A program made the translations under genes and the position numbers. Of a stretch of 64,000 nucleotides of DNA, positions 1 through 12,575 are shown piece after piece. The notes below the pieces were generated by a model. That model was not told the origin of the DNA, searched no databases, and saw only the letters and a program-made list of their open reading frames with translations. Source of the DNA: Antedon mediterranea (Eukaryota > Animalia > Echinodermata); NCBI RefSeq assembly GCF_964355755.1, contig NC_092677.1, forward strand, positions 6,470,101-6,534,100, written 5' to 3'. The first letter of the stretch is position 1, and each line of letters begins with the position of its first letter.

Positions 1-150
1 GACATCATTCAACCACCAGCTGATGTCATTCAACCACCAGCTGATGTCATTCAACCACCAGCTGACATCATTCAACCACCAGCTGACATCATTCAACCAC
101 CAGCTGATGTCATTAAACCACCAGCTGATGTCATTCAACCACCAGTTGAT
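1..150 (+). repeat. Coding 21-bp tandem repeat (D-I/V-I-Q-P-P-A), at least 7 copies
   Basis: gacatcattcaaccaccagct / gatgtcattcaaccaccagct units, in frame 1 and continuous with the 172..4116 ORF with no stop codon. Confidence 0.9.
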
Positions 151-3100
151 TTCAATTGTAGTACAACCTCTGTGAATGAACCAGTAACAGAATGTGTAAA
201 CAGCAATGCTGACAATCAGAGGTCTGTTAAGAAATTATCAGAACGGGCCTTAGAGGTTTATGAAGCTACTACTGGTAACTCTGTCATGATTGTTGATGAG
301 GATTTTGTGTTTACCCTTGATGACTCCACAAAGTTGAGCAACAGTTATCCAATGTCCCGTACAGATAGCTGGCGGAAGACTGCGAATATGAAAAGAAGTA
401 ACTCTTGGGCTGGTGGACAAACAAACTTTCAAACCAGCCAAATCTCTACCAATGAAGAAGTATTGCAACCTATTTCTGGTGATCATTTGATTTTGAATGA
501 TGTGGTTGATGCCTTGAATAAAGCTGCTGCTAATAATAAGTTAAATCCCACCGAAGATGATAAGACTAACATGCCAATCACCTTGAACAATGGTTCTGCA
601 ACAGTTCAAATGGTTAACTTAGAAGATACTCAAACTGCACCAGTAACCGAAGCTTATGTCAACATTATCAGAGAGAAAACTGATGTTCAGTCAAATGTTA
701 TCAAGCCTAATGAAAATGAATATCGCATAAATTCCAAGAAGCAAAGTGCCAATGAAAAGGCTTCAGAAAGTATGTGCAATCATGTGCAACAAGGTCAGCT
801 AGAGACAAGTAATGAAAACAAGATTCATAATACTATTGAAGAAAATGAACGTAATCGTTCACCAGAAAACTCTGACATTAATCTAAATCAAAGAACTGGA
901 AGTAACTCACAAGAACAAGAATTGAATAATTGTCCTGACACTTTGTCTGAAGTAATACTAATTAACCAAAATAAGGAAACAAATTGTAGAAATCTTACAG
1001 AAAATTCAGGACAGAAAATGTTGCCGTACGATGTTAACAAGGATTCAGAAAAAAGTGGAAATGTAACTAGTAATGTTGGTAGGAGACCAGAAAATAAAAT
1101 TTCCAAATTATCATCAGAATTAGGTCAAATTCTACCTATATTGATTAAGGATAAACACGGTACTGTAAAAGACAAAGAAGTTAAAAAGCATACTATTGAC
1201 ATCAGTCACCTTCTTAGAAAGAATTATAGAAATAATGCAGTCCGAAAAAATACTGAAAGAATGTCACTAGTAGATATTAAATGCAATGGAGATGCAGAAA
1301 AAGAACAAAGACAGAATCCACAAAGTAAAATAGAATTGAACCGTAGGCCAAACGATTGTAAAATATCAATAAATGATGTGAACAATGCAATTGATGTTGA
1401 TGACAGCAGTGGTGTTTATAAGGAAGTAGATGTTAATTCAAAAGATTGTAAAATATCTTCCGAGAAAGACATTGATGTATGTAAAAATGAAGATGAACCA
1501 TTTGAATGTATGTATTGCCAGAAGTCATACGTCAAGGAAAGTTTCTATCTTAAGCATATCATGAATTGTAAGCAGAAACAAAATATTTTGGACGATAAGG
1601 ACAAACCTATGGAAGATATTAGTATTGTTGTTACACATACTGAGAATGAGTTAGTAACCAAAGATTCTGATGGACATACGACAGAAAAGAGAAAATACAC
1701 TGATGAACCAGTCATTAGCCCACGGTCAAAAAAGAAATATAAACAGGAAGCAGAAAGGTTAAATTTTGATGAGTTTGTACCTGAATCAAAGCTAGATAAA
1801 TTGGACATTTCCAAACCTGGAAGGAAAAGCTATCCAATGCGAAACACTTCTTCTAGATTGATTAGAATAGCAGCTGAATCTGAACCAACTGAAGAAAATG
1901 AAGAGCTACCATCACCACCAAAGATCACAAAGGATGTGCGAGTAAGCTTATCTCCTGTGGATTTATTGGCTTTATCTAAGAAGATGGAAAATGATGACCC
2001 TGTTCAGTTGGCTAATAGATTAGAGAAAGAGGGTCTTATAGAGCCTATTGTTAGAAAGCGTGGTCGTCCAAGAAAACAACCAACCAATAGTGAAAACCAA
2101 ATGGGAAGTATGGCAGGCGTGGACAAAAGAGAGGAGAAAGAACTGTCGTCTGGATGTGAACAAATTGTAGATGTAGAGGGAGGTGTTTCTACTAGGAGGA
2201 GGTTAAGAAGAAGCTGTTGTGAAAGAAATGTAAAATATTCTGATGAAACGAAAGAAGATGAAATTAAAGAAGATGAAACGAAAGAAGATGAAGATCAGGT
2301 GCAATCTCCACCAGTTAAAAGAAGAAGAGGAAGACCACCACTAAAGAAACCAAAAGATTATAATAGTACAGTTACTGATATTGAAACAAATAATATAACT
2401 AAAAACGCACAAAGTATGAATGTAGAAAATGCAACAAAAGATGGTGAAATTGTAGTTACTATTACCAAAAAAACCAAAGACACTTCGGAATCTGTTAAAG
2501 CAGTACTTGAAAATCAAGATGACGAACTTCAAATAATTGATATATTTAACAAATCTGATAAAATTTTAAATGCAAAAGAAAATGTTGAAACTCCTCTTAC
2601 CACAAATTCTTCAGAAACGAAACTTATCAAACAAAGTTACAGACCAAACATTATGAGAAAACAAGTGAAAGATTGTGGTCTTCAAACAACTCAACAAGTT
2701 TATATGTATGTAAACAAAGATGACAGTGTAAGCAAATTTAAAGAAATAAGGAAGTTGAGCAATGATGGAAAATTACTTACATCAACTGACAACCAGCCTA
2801 AACAAGAACAGGTTTCTTTTGTCACACCAAACTGCAATATAATGCCAACTTCTATTGCTGGGAGTAGTCAAATGTCGCCTGTTATTTGTCCTCAGATTCC
2901 ATCAGTAAACACAGCAGTAAATTTTATCCGAAACTCAAACATTCCAGTTTTAGTACAATCAACAGTTCCTGTTGTAAATGCAGTCACTGTTATGGTTAAA
3001 CCTCTGAACCAAAATGTCACTTCACCAGCTATTTTACCAACAGTTTATGTTAAGGACAACACTCAGCTTTTAAGTCCAGTAAGAAGTCCATCTGGTTGTA

Positions 3101-6100
3101 ATTTACAACCATCTGTAATTTTACCCGCTCAACCACAATTGTCCATTTCTCAAGTTGGTCACGTCCAAAGCACAGCAAATCCGTCTATCTTACAAATGTC
3201 TAATAATTTAGTGAGTTCAGCTCCTGTTTTAAATTACACGCCTATTGCACAATCATTTCCAACGTTAGTAAACTCAACTCCAGTATCTGTTGTTTACACG
3301 AGTATTCAAGTACAGCCACAAGCAAATTTGATTAACTCTGTTTCAATGTTTAGTAATCAAACTATTACAAACTCTATTTCTGTGAGAGGACAAAATAATG
3401 TATTTCCCATCACTCCTTTTAATCAAATCCAACCGAGAAATGCAGTTGGTGTGTCCAATGTTTTACAGAGCAAGAACAGCATTCTTTCAAATATGTTACC
3501 TCAAACTCAAGCAGTTTCTGTGAGTTTTGAATCAAATGATAAATCTGGATATTCTTATAAACGAGTGTTTCCAGAAAAGTTTCCAATACCAAGATTTCCA
3601 AGTTTGCAACCAGTTAAGTATGTTCCTCACGGAAGCCATATCATCAAGACCAGTTTAAGTTCAATGAAACCTCATGTACCAACTACTTCTCCATTCTCTG
3701 CCACAAACTCCAATATTCTGAAATCTATTATTCAAAGACCTCTTGCTCCAGTAACGTCCTCACATTTAGTGTCCAATTTAAGTATACTGCAGTCGCAACA
3801 GCAAGGCTCACCTTTGTCAACACAACACTCAAGTTCTGATGTTCTTCGAGCTCTTCAGCGTAAAGTTGCTGCCAGAGCTGTAGAGAGATCTTCTACTCCC
3901 TTTCTTCCAATGGCAAAAAGTCAACAAAACCTGAATCTTGGAAGTCTTCTAATACCTACCGAACGTCCACATCAAGAAGAAGCAACAGTGGCACCACAGC
4001 AGCCTCTAAAAGAGAGTAACTCTGGCAATGTTAAGGTTTCCACAAACAGCTCAGAAGCTAATACCAAGTCAAGTAATCAAGAACCTCCTGTTGTACAAAG
4101 AAAAACAGGTTTGTAGTTTGTTCATTTATGTATTCCGTATATATCTATCATTACGGACACTTTTCAGTGAAATGTAAGGAGGAGTATGTTTTAACGCTTG
4201 ACACCAATAGGGGAAGCTTTGTTGGGCCCTGAAGGCGTCTATTACTGTATTCAGGTATAATATTGTAATGCAGTACAATAGGTTTCAATTTTGAATTCTG
4301 ATTTTTATCCACCAGATGATGAAAGGTTAACTTCACCTGCAGGATTGGTTCACAAACGGAAAGCTCCACGCATACAAAATGTAGCTGAGGAAGAAGAGGT
4401 GATGTCACCACTGTTGGCCAGAATGATGAAAGGTCTAGAAGAAAAAACACTGCCACGACCTAAAAATGAGCCTCATCTTGTGTTTGAGGTCACCAGCGAT
4501 GATGGTTTTAGCACACGAGCAGACTCGATGGAAGAGGCATGGAAACAGGTGGTAGACCTTGTAAACGAGCGTAGGAATGATGCAAGGATGAAAAGTTTAT
4601 CATTTACAGGTGATCATATATGCTTTTTTAGAAAATGCTATTGCCGTTTCCTCAATTGTTCGGCAAATATATCAAAGGATTTTGTTTAATGATTACTCTG
4701 GTGAATTACACAACCTGAACAAGACCTAATATAATAGATAATTGAATTTAATAGATAGTTAAACCCTACCTTATTTTATGTTATCTGCATATTTGCTACT
4801 AGCAAACTTTAGTTTATAAACTTGGTTTAACTGCAGAAAACAAGTTTGCATTTAAGTTAATGCCTAGTCTACACTGGCTAACTTTAATTTGCAAACTTAA
4901 AACTCAAACTTTAAAAAAAAGTTCAGTAAAGACTAGACTTCACATTTTCTTACTAAACTCTTGTCTACACTGTGACAAAAAATGTGATGTGCCCATAAAT
5001 GGACATGATGATGTGATATCACTACCATATTTGGGCACATCACACTTTTTTGTCAAACTAGTTCGATAGTGGAGTAAGAGCTTAGGTTTGTAAATATGAC
5101 CTAATTAAGTTCATCCTGACAACTGCATTATATACTAAATTACTATGTACTACTATATTTTATATTTATCTCATTTTTAGGTGTTCACGGTTTGTCCATG
5201 CTTGGAATTTCCAACAATGCAATAGCATTTCTAATTGAGCAGTTGTATGGTGCGCCAAATTGTTGCAATTATCATTTTCAATTCCACCAGTATCAGAATG
5301 CAAACACAGTAGAAGAGGTGAAATGTTTTTTAGATTATCAGTTGTAGTCTGTACAGTAAATGTTCCTTCTCTGTCTAAACTATCAAACTAGTTTGGCAAA
5401 AAAGTGTGATGTGCCCAAATATGGTAGTGATGTGACCTGAAGTTTGATAGCATAGACAAAGCTTAAGGATTTAAAAATCCATATGCTACTCAGGCCACTG
5501 TAAAACTTTTGTCTATGTGCAATGGGCAGTCTATAGAAAAAATGTTACTGAATTAACAAGATTATGACTCCTGAAAAAAATTAAGTTGAGAATCTCTCTT
5601 CAATATTGTTAGGAAACATTGTTTTCTTTGGTAATGCTAGCATACCACAAAAAAGTATTTATTTGCCTTCAAACAATTTTTAAATCTATGTTATATCATA
5701 ACATAATCTGAATCTAACAATCCAACTATCAAATCTTTTTCATTTTCCACACCACACTTTGTTTATTTCTTCTTAGGAGCTACCAATGAATCCATATGGA
5801 TGTGCCCGAGCAGAAGCTTTCAAGCGTACTCGTTTCACTCATGACATGTTTGATTTTTTGGCTTCTAAACATCGCAAACCACCTCCACTGCTCATCGTCA
5901 ATGATGATGATGATTCATCACCATATGGCAGTGCCAGGTAATTATTTTAATAATATTTTTCCTGTCAATGTCTTTTATTTTCTGTAAGACAATCGGAGAA
6001 GATGTACAATTTCAACACTAGATTGACTTGGTTCAACAAGAGGGAATATGCATTGCAATACAGTTGCATTGTAATTGGGCAGATGTTTGCCCTACTCTGA

Positions 6101-7742
6101 TGTATGATGTAATTTTCTACTTTATACATGGAGAACAAATAAAACAATAATAAAATATGTATATTAATGAATTAATGAGATGTATACAAATTAAACAATG
6201 TATGGAAATAAAAGGGGGACGAACCCTCATAATAAGACAAGAAATAGTACATTGAGAGCACTTGGTTTTCATACATCCAGACCACCAGGCTTGCGCTGAT
6301 GGCATGGGGTTAGATTCACTGTTTATGATCCTTTTATTTATTTTTCTAGACGTGCAACAAGCATAGACCTTCCAATGGCAATGAGATTTAGACATTTGAA
6401 AAATACAGCTAAAGAAGCAGTTGGTGTTTTCCGGTAAGCAATTCTGTTTCCATCACTAAAATTAAAGTAGAAATGTAGAGATATTATGGTTAAGTGCCGT
6501 AAATGTGCTTTAGATACTTTTATATGTTAGGTGTGAAAAAGACTCTCTTTGAAGAACATCTTTATTTAGTTGAAATTGCAAACATAAATGATTTTTCTAT
6601 ACCAACCTCTTGTTTTCATTTTATATCTTGGTTCAATAGTTTTAAAAATGTGACCGGCCTCTGGCTTTCAATTGATGCTTTTCTGTTTAAAGACAGTTGT
6701 TTATTTTTATCTATGAAAGCATTTAAGCACATTCTTTTAAACTGTGAGCATGTACAATTGTCTTCTACACTTAAGCACTCATTGATACAAATGGAAAGTT
6801 TCCATATGCACTATGAAGTTAAATATTTTCTCTGTTTAGATCAATGATTCATGGGCGAGGTTTGTTTTGTAAGCGATTGATTGAGACAGGAGAAATGATT
6901 ATTGAGTACAGTGGAACGGTCATTCGGTCAGTTTTGACGGACAAGAGGGAGAAGTATTACGAAAGCAAGGTCTGAAATTCATGTCATTTTACTACTTTTA
7001 CACCAAATCTTCTTTCCATCCTTAAGGTTTTAGTCTTGCATTCAGTCAAGGATTGTCCTTTAATCGTAAAATAGCGTCCACAATTTTTAAGTTATCGTCC
7101 TGAATGTTTGGGTGTTAGCAGGTATATACTTACAGAACATGCCTATTGATTTTCAGGAAAATTTATATATTGGTCACTTCACAAAAACTTATTATTAAAA
7201 TCTGACTTACCTGTATCTTTTATACAAGATATTAAATTGCATGCCTTCTGTATTCTTTGAACCAAAATTTCAAGTAGTGAGCCCTCTCTCTCCAAAGAAT
7301 GTTTTCCCTGATAGATTTTGCCAAGTACTTCACTCAGTTTCTGAGTGCTTTCATTTTCTTTTTCAGGGTATTGGTTGTTACATGTTTCGAATCGATGACT
7401 ATGACGTCATTGATGCTACAGTGCATGGCAATGCTGCCAGGTTTATTAACCATTCTTGTGAGGTATTTTAATTATGATTTACATTTTCTAAATTGAATCC
7501 TAATATTTGTGAAAATGTATAGTTTTCTCAAAACTTTCTTTAAACTCCTTTTCATTCGCTATTTTCAGCCGAATTGTTACTCGCGTGTGATTAACGTTGA
7601 TGGGAAAAAGCACATTGTGATCTTTGCCAGTCGGCAGATCAACGTTGGAGAGGAGTTAACTTACGACTACAAGTTCCCTATTGAAGATGTTAAGTTGCCG
7701 TGCAATTGCGGATCAAGAAGGTGCAGAAAGTATCTTAACTAA
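1..7742 (+). CDS. KMT2A: Trithorax/MLL-type histone H3K4 methyltransferase (KMT2A/KMT2B co-ortholog), 5'-truncated by the window edge
   Basis: Exons <1-4108, 4316-4609, 5181-5317, 5777-5937, 6350-6433, 6840-6969, 7367-7462, 7569-7742, all GT-AG and phase-consistent. They encode FYRC ([12 protein letters not shown]...[28 protein letters not shown]), the WDR5-binding Win motif ([11 protein letters not shown]), [21 protein letters not shown] (IHGRGLFC; [20 protein letters not shown]; EELTYDYKF) and post-SET ([13 protein letters not shown]), closely resembling the MLL1 C-terminus. Confidence 0.96.
4960..5470. mobile_element. Two copies/fragments of a short palindromic MITE-like repeat (about 4960-5082 and 5370-5465); third copy at about 30900-31005
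   Basis: Shared motifs tgtctacact...aaatgtgatgtgccca...tgggcacatcacac and caaactagtt; internally inverted. Confidence 0.6.
7095..7355 (+). mobile_element. Interspersed repeat, second copy at about 16850-17020
   Basis: Shared segments cctgaatgt, catgcct(a/g)ttgattttcaggaaaat, tctgtattctttgaa, cttcact(c/t)agtttctgag, gtgctttcattt. Confidence 0.6.
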
Positions 7743-9131
7743 GATTTAAACCTTGATTATTATTATTTAATATTTAACAGTGTTGTATTTTCTTACGTTT
7801 GGTTGTAGTAGACCAATTATGAGCGGTTTCAAGTAATTAAAAGGATCATAATTTGTAATGAACTTTTTAAGATACTTGTTTTCAGGAGATGGAGATTTGT
7901 TTAAAAAGTAAACACAAACATGAACATTAATTTTTGACGGCATCATACCGCGCCGTGGCTATACTTGCTTTTTGCAGTAAAAAACATACAAATAATATAT
8001 TAATCACGTATTGACCATAATATATAATCACACAGAAGTAAGATTGTTTATACAAAACATAAATTTAACTTTTGATGCTATTTTGAAAGATGAGGTTGAT
8101 AAAAAGCACAAAAACAGCTGTTTGTTTCATGGATGAACATCATATACACCATGTGCAACACTAAAAACAGTTGGAAAAATGTTATTAATCAGGTATTGCA
8201 ATTTATCTGATAACTCGGTTGTAGAAACGTCGTTTGTCTGAAATTTTTTACAGCATACTTTCATTGAAACGCGTCAAAAATCTGACACCATGGGCTGTAT
8301 TTAAACTCTAAGAACAGCTTGTGAACGGAAGTAAACAAAGTAATAAACATCTCAGGTATTTTAACTTATTGAGGGTTTATAAAGAGTGTAGTTTAAAAGG
8401 TTTTTCGTATTTGGTTTTTGTATGATGGAACAGTATTATGAAGTGAAAAATATAGTATAAATATTTTATTATATGGGAATTTTGTTTGTAAGTGTAAGGT
8501 TATAATATAGTTGTTACAAACCCCAATTATTATTATTATTATTATTGGTATTATTGCATCAAGTCATGGTTTTGCTATACTATACTAATTCCCACATTTT
8601 ATTGTTTACAAATAATTCATTTTCTAGCTCAAATAATTAAAAATATTCATAATGCAAAATATTTTTGTTTTCATTGCCATCCAGCCAATGTAAGTACTTG
8701 GCAAGAATTTGGTATCACAGTTACAATACTATATTTAACAGATTTATAAGTATGATGAGGGGCGTGGCCACCCTAAAATTTGAAGTTATGTAACTGAAAG
8801 CAGACTAGCTAGACATGTAGATTGGCTCCCAAGTATTTAATGAACTCACCAAGTTTCAAGCAGTGTGACGTATCCTTCAATGGATATCATAAACCTTTAA
8901 AAAAATATTTTAAAAAAAATAATTTATCATGGCGAGTAAATAACCTATTTACTCACTGAAATCATAAAAAACTTTGTTTAAATTCGCCTTGGTGGTGTAT
9001 TTATATTATAGATTGTACATGTATATATATTTTGTTCTGTAAATGATTATGATGGATAATTATTGACATTTATCATAGAGTTCCTAATCCATTTATTGTT
9101 CATAGCTTTCAATAATTTATCAGAAATGTAG

Positions 9132-9173
9132 AATAAAAAATACATTTTCCAGATTTTTATTTGCATTTTTATT
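9132..9173. terminator. Opposed polyadenylation signals for convergent KMT2A (+) and PIH1D2 (-)
   Basis: AATAAA at 9132-9137 on +; TTTATT (AATAAA on -) at 9156-9161 and 9168-9173. Confidence 0.45.
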
Positions 9174-9347
9174 TCGCTAGAATTGGATCATATTATACTA
9201 TTCAATGTCTTAAACGCATTTCAGATTTCAAATGTCGGACTTTCTTCAGGCAAGGTGTATTTGCAACACATGTTTACAGCCTTGTATACCAGTTAGTACA
9301 AAGTAAATAACTGAGATGGCTGGGTCATTCTGTATGGTCTTCCTTTC

Positions 9348-9482
9348 CTCTAGGCCTACACATAAGCACTAACCACGTTGGGCTGAGGAGGGTGTAGCTG
9401 TCACTAGCCTAACTTTTCTCTAGGCCTACACACAAGCACCATCCATGTTGGGCTAGCTGAGGAGGGTGTAGCTGTCACTAGA
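9348..9482. repeat. Approx. 70-bp direct duplication in the PIH1D2 3' UTR
   Basis: ctctaggcctacaca(t/c)aagcac...gttgggct...gaggagggtgtagctgtcactag occurs twice in tandem. Confidence 0.8.
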
Positions 9483-9503
9483 GACAGCCACTCCGAAGCA
9501 TTA

Positions 9504-11139
9504 TCACTGCTTAATTTCTTGTAATTTAGTGGGTATTTTGATATTTAAAGTTGATGATTTTTTTATAAATTTGGCACTGGTATCATCTTCTGAAACGGCT
9601 TCAGGAAGGGCGAGTTGAAGTTTATAAAGATCCTCCACTATTAACGAAACGTCGTCCTATCAAAAAAAGAATGAAATCATTTATTTTTATCAAGTTACTT
9701 CTTTGTGATTCTTTAATATTTTTTAATAACAGACCATGTGGAAATCGATATTGGTTATTAAAATCATGAGTTATACTTATCTTAAATAGTGTGCTCATCA
9801 AAAATATTTTTGGAATACTTACTGAAGAAATATCTAACTCGCATTGTCGAACCGAGTTCACGTTCGGTAACGAAATCCTAATGTCAACATGACGTCCTTT
9901 GGTATCACTAACTACTTCTAGGGAATACTCTGGTGCTGCTCTAGTAATGCTAATTTCTTCAATCAATTTTCCTCCATTAATTGGTTCTTTTATTACAGAT
10001 GAATTCAGAGTTATCTCATGTGCCTGTCTGCTATTATTAAACTGTACACCCTCTCCTTTGAAAATGCTCCCTAAGTTTCCGATTAAAGAATCTCCCTTGT
10101 GTTGTGTGTCTGCAGGTCTTGATTCAGTGTCTTTAAATCTCTTGTTGATAAAACTTGTCGCAAGTGTTAAGGGATCACCTTTGAAATTTGAGTCTTTTAA
10201 CTTGGTGTAGTTTCTGTCAAGTTTAAGTTTAAACTGGTCTGTGACATAGTCAAGCGAAAGATTCAACAGCATTCTAGTGGTGTCAGCAGCTTCAAAGCAT
10301 TCCTTTAAAACCTCTGTATTGAATGCTATTGGAATCACTTTATGTTTTTCTGAAAATTAGAAACAAATCAAAGATATCTTTATCCATATCTTCTATACTC
10401 AGTGGTTCATAGGCATATCTGGTGGTGATTTGGTTAAGACACTCGGCATGTAAATACGAGATTATAAGTTCAAATCCCACAGTTTAAAACTGTTTATAGT
10501 GTTTGTTATATTAGATTGCACATATTTAGATGCGACAGGTTTATTCGCTATATATGGCATATGTTTAGGTGAATGAAAAATAACCGATTACACAGAACAG
10601 CACATACTTGTCCCTTCAATCAGTTCTTTCATTTTTCCTGCAATGACTGGTATAGGATCATGGTCTGTTTTAGGCCCTGGAACTCGACTCCAACTGCAGA
10701 TATTAATAAACAATTCACATTGTTTTTCACTCTAGAAAAGAAAACAGTTATACAGTAATAACAAAAAATGGTGTGATTTACAGTGGTGGTACCGGAAGAA
10801 TTAGAAAAATAGGGGGAGGACATGATTTACAGTAAAATTGTAAAATGAAGTGCCGAACGCTGAGGTCTTTTGAATTGCAATTTTTAAAATTTAAAAAGCG
10901 TCCTTCTTGGATCTGTTTATGGCGCAAAAAAGGTATAAGCATTCTACCAAAATTGTTGTCTGGATACACATGCAAGGAGCTGCTGGTGCCTCCTGGTCTT
11001 TGCTCTCTGCTACGTTTTTCTCTATGAATTTTTTATAAGCCTCTGGGTCCGAATCTGCTAGTTCATCCAGCATTGACCAGATGTGCTGGGCTTGTTTCAT
11101 TAATTCATCACTGCCCTCATTGCTGCTACTGCTGGCCAT
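9504..11139 (-). CDS. PIH1D2: PIH1 domain-containing protein 2 (HSP90 co-chaperone adaptor), about 331 aa
   Basis: Exons 11139-10948, 10731-10608, 10349-9823, 9656-9504, in frame. Motifs IWSMLDELADSDPEAYKKFI, LFINICSWSRVPGP, IAFNTEVL, and a C-terminal CS-like domain ISLPNVNSVRQCELDISSDD...LALPEAVSEDDTSAKFIKKSSTLNI resemble vertebrate PIH1D2. Confidence 0.9.
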
Positions 11140-11224
11140 GACTCTGAATTATAAATTGTATTATATATTCAAATCAAGATAAATCATTTAATATTATTAT
11201 TAGGCCAGATACTTAATGTCAGGA

Positions 11225-11535
11225 TAGTGGTACTGTACTAGCCTAGTCAGGGCTTACTTAAGTCTTAATTAGCTTTTCTAGCTATCTACCTAGGCCTAGT
11301 GTCTGTCTAGCCTAGGCTAGCCTCTAGCTGGACCATCAAGCAAGCCCTCTGCTGGCTCTAGCTAGTACCAGGCCTAGTAGTAGGCCTAGCCTAGGCCTAG
11401 GTATGCTAACTAGCCTAGGCTAGGCTAGGCTAGAGAGAGGGATCCGTGAGAGGGCTAGCTCTAAGCTATGTCTAGTACTAGGCCTAGGCTATAGCCTATT
11501 ATAGGCTATATTATTGGATGAGGCCAGGGCCTAAG
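11225..11535. other. TAGGCCTA/CTAG-rich low-complexity patch (inferred PIH1D2 5'-UTR intron)
   Basis: Dense ctag, aggcct and taggcctag words; minus-strand acceptor ttcag|agtcATG just upstream of the start codon. Confidence 0.7.
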
Positions 11536-12314
11536 GATTCAATCTACATAAAAAATAATCAAATTTTACGTAGAACTGAAAATACACTTTTTCAAAAAAT
11601 CCGATCGCGAGCGTCCGTCGCAACCAAACCAATTGCAGAGATGAGGAGATGTGATAGAACATAATATGTACCCCCGTGCGTTCCAATCCAACGCAGACTA
11701 TACTTAAATCCAGTAATCTAGGGCGTTAGCCCATTCACATAATTGGAGACTATCCCTCTGGACGCAATGTAGAAATTCTATATACAGTACCTCCATGTTG
11801 AAATTAATATTCGAATTTTAAAAAGTTTATTCTAACACATTGTAATTGTGTTTTTAAACAAATAATTAATAATTATAATTAATAATAAAAATTAAAATTA
11901 TTTAAGCATAAACATTGATAAACTAACTCTTTCAATTTGTTTATTGAAACCTGCCAACAAAAATGTCTGAGCCCGCAGATGGACACGAAATATCTGCATA
12001 CTATTAATCGAATGATCCAATCAAAATACATCTTGTAATATTGTCGCGTTGAAAATGTTGTGATCGCTCGTCCACGTGGCCCCATTTATGTTGCGGATTA
12101 AGAGGAATGCATCGAATACGGTGGGCCGAGCTTTAGTTGAAAGGGCACTAATTTTCATGGTTAAGCCTTTCTGTTACATGACGAATATATAGGCGTAGGA
12201 CATACCGCCGGTAGGCTACCCGAGAACCAACATTGCAGTTCTTAGAAGAGTACAGTGCATGGTTTTTAGGCCGGCTATTTACCGTCACATTAAAAAAATA
12301 TCAAGTTATGCGTT

Positions 12315-12575
12315 GGATTTTTTCCTTGTGGATTTTTTTCCTTGTGGATTTATAATCACGATTTTTTCCTTGTGGATTTATATTCAAGATTTTTTCCTTG
12401 TGGATTTATATTCAAGATTTTTTCCTTGTGGATTTATATTCAAGATTTTTTCCTTGTGGATTTATATTCAAGATTTTTTCCTTGTGGATTTATATTCAAG
12501 ATATTTTCCTTGTGTGGATGGATATACAATCAAGTTTTTTTTCTCTTTGTGGATTTATAATCAAGTTTTTCGTTG
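12315..12575. repeat. 28-bp minisatellite (gattttttccttgtggatttatattcaa), about 7-9 copies
   Basis: Near-perfect tandem units that degrade at the ends; explains the overlapping spurious ORFs at 12259-12594. Confidence 0.95.

Noticed and set aside
250-3601. Short antisense ORFs within the large KMT2A exon
   Set aside because: Expected shadow ORFs opposite a long coding exon.
10420-10482. tRNA-like sequence in a PIH1D2 intron
   Set aside because: A/B-box-like motifs are present but there is no convincing cloverleaf; it is probably a decayed SINE head.
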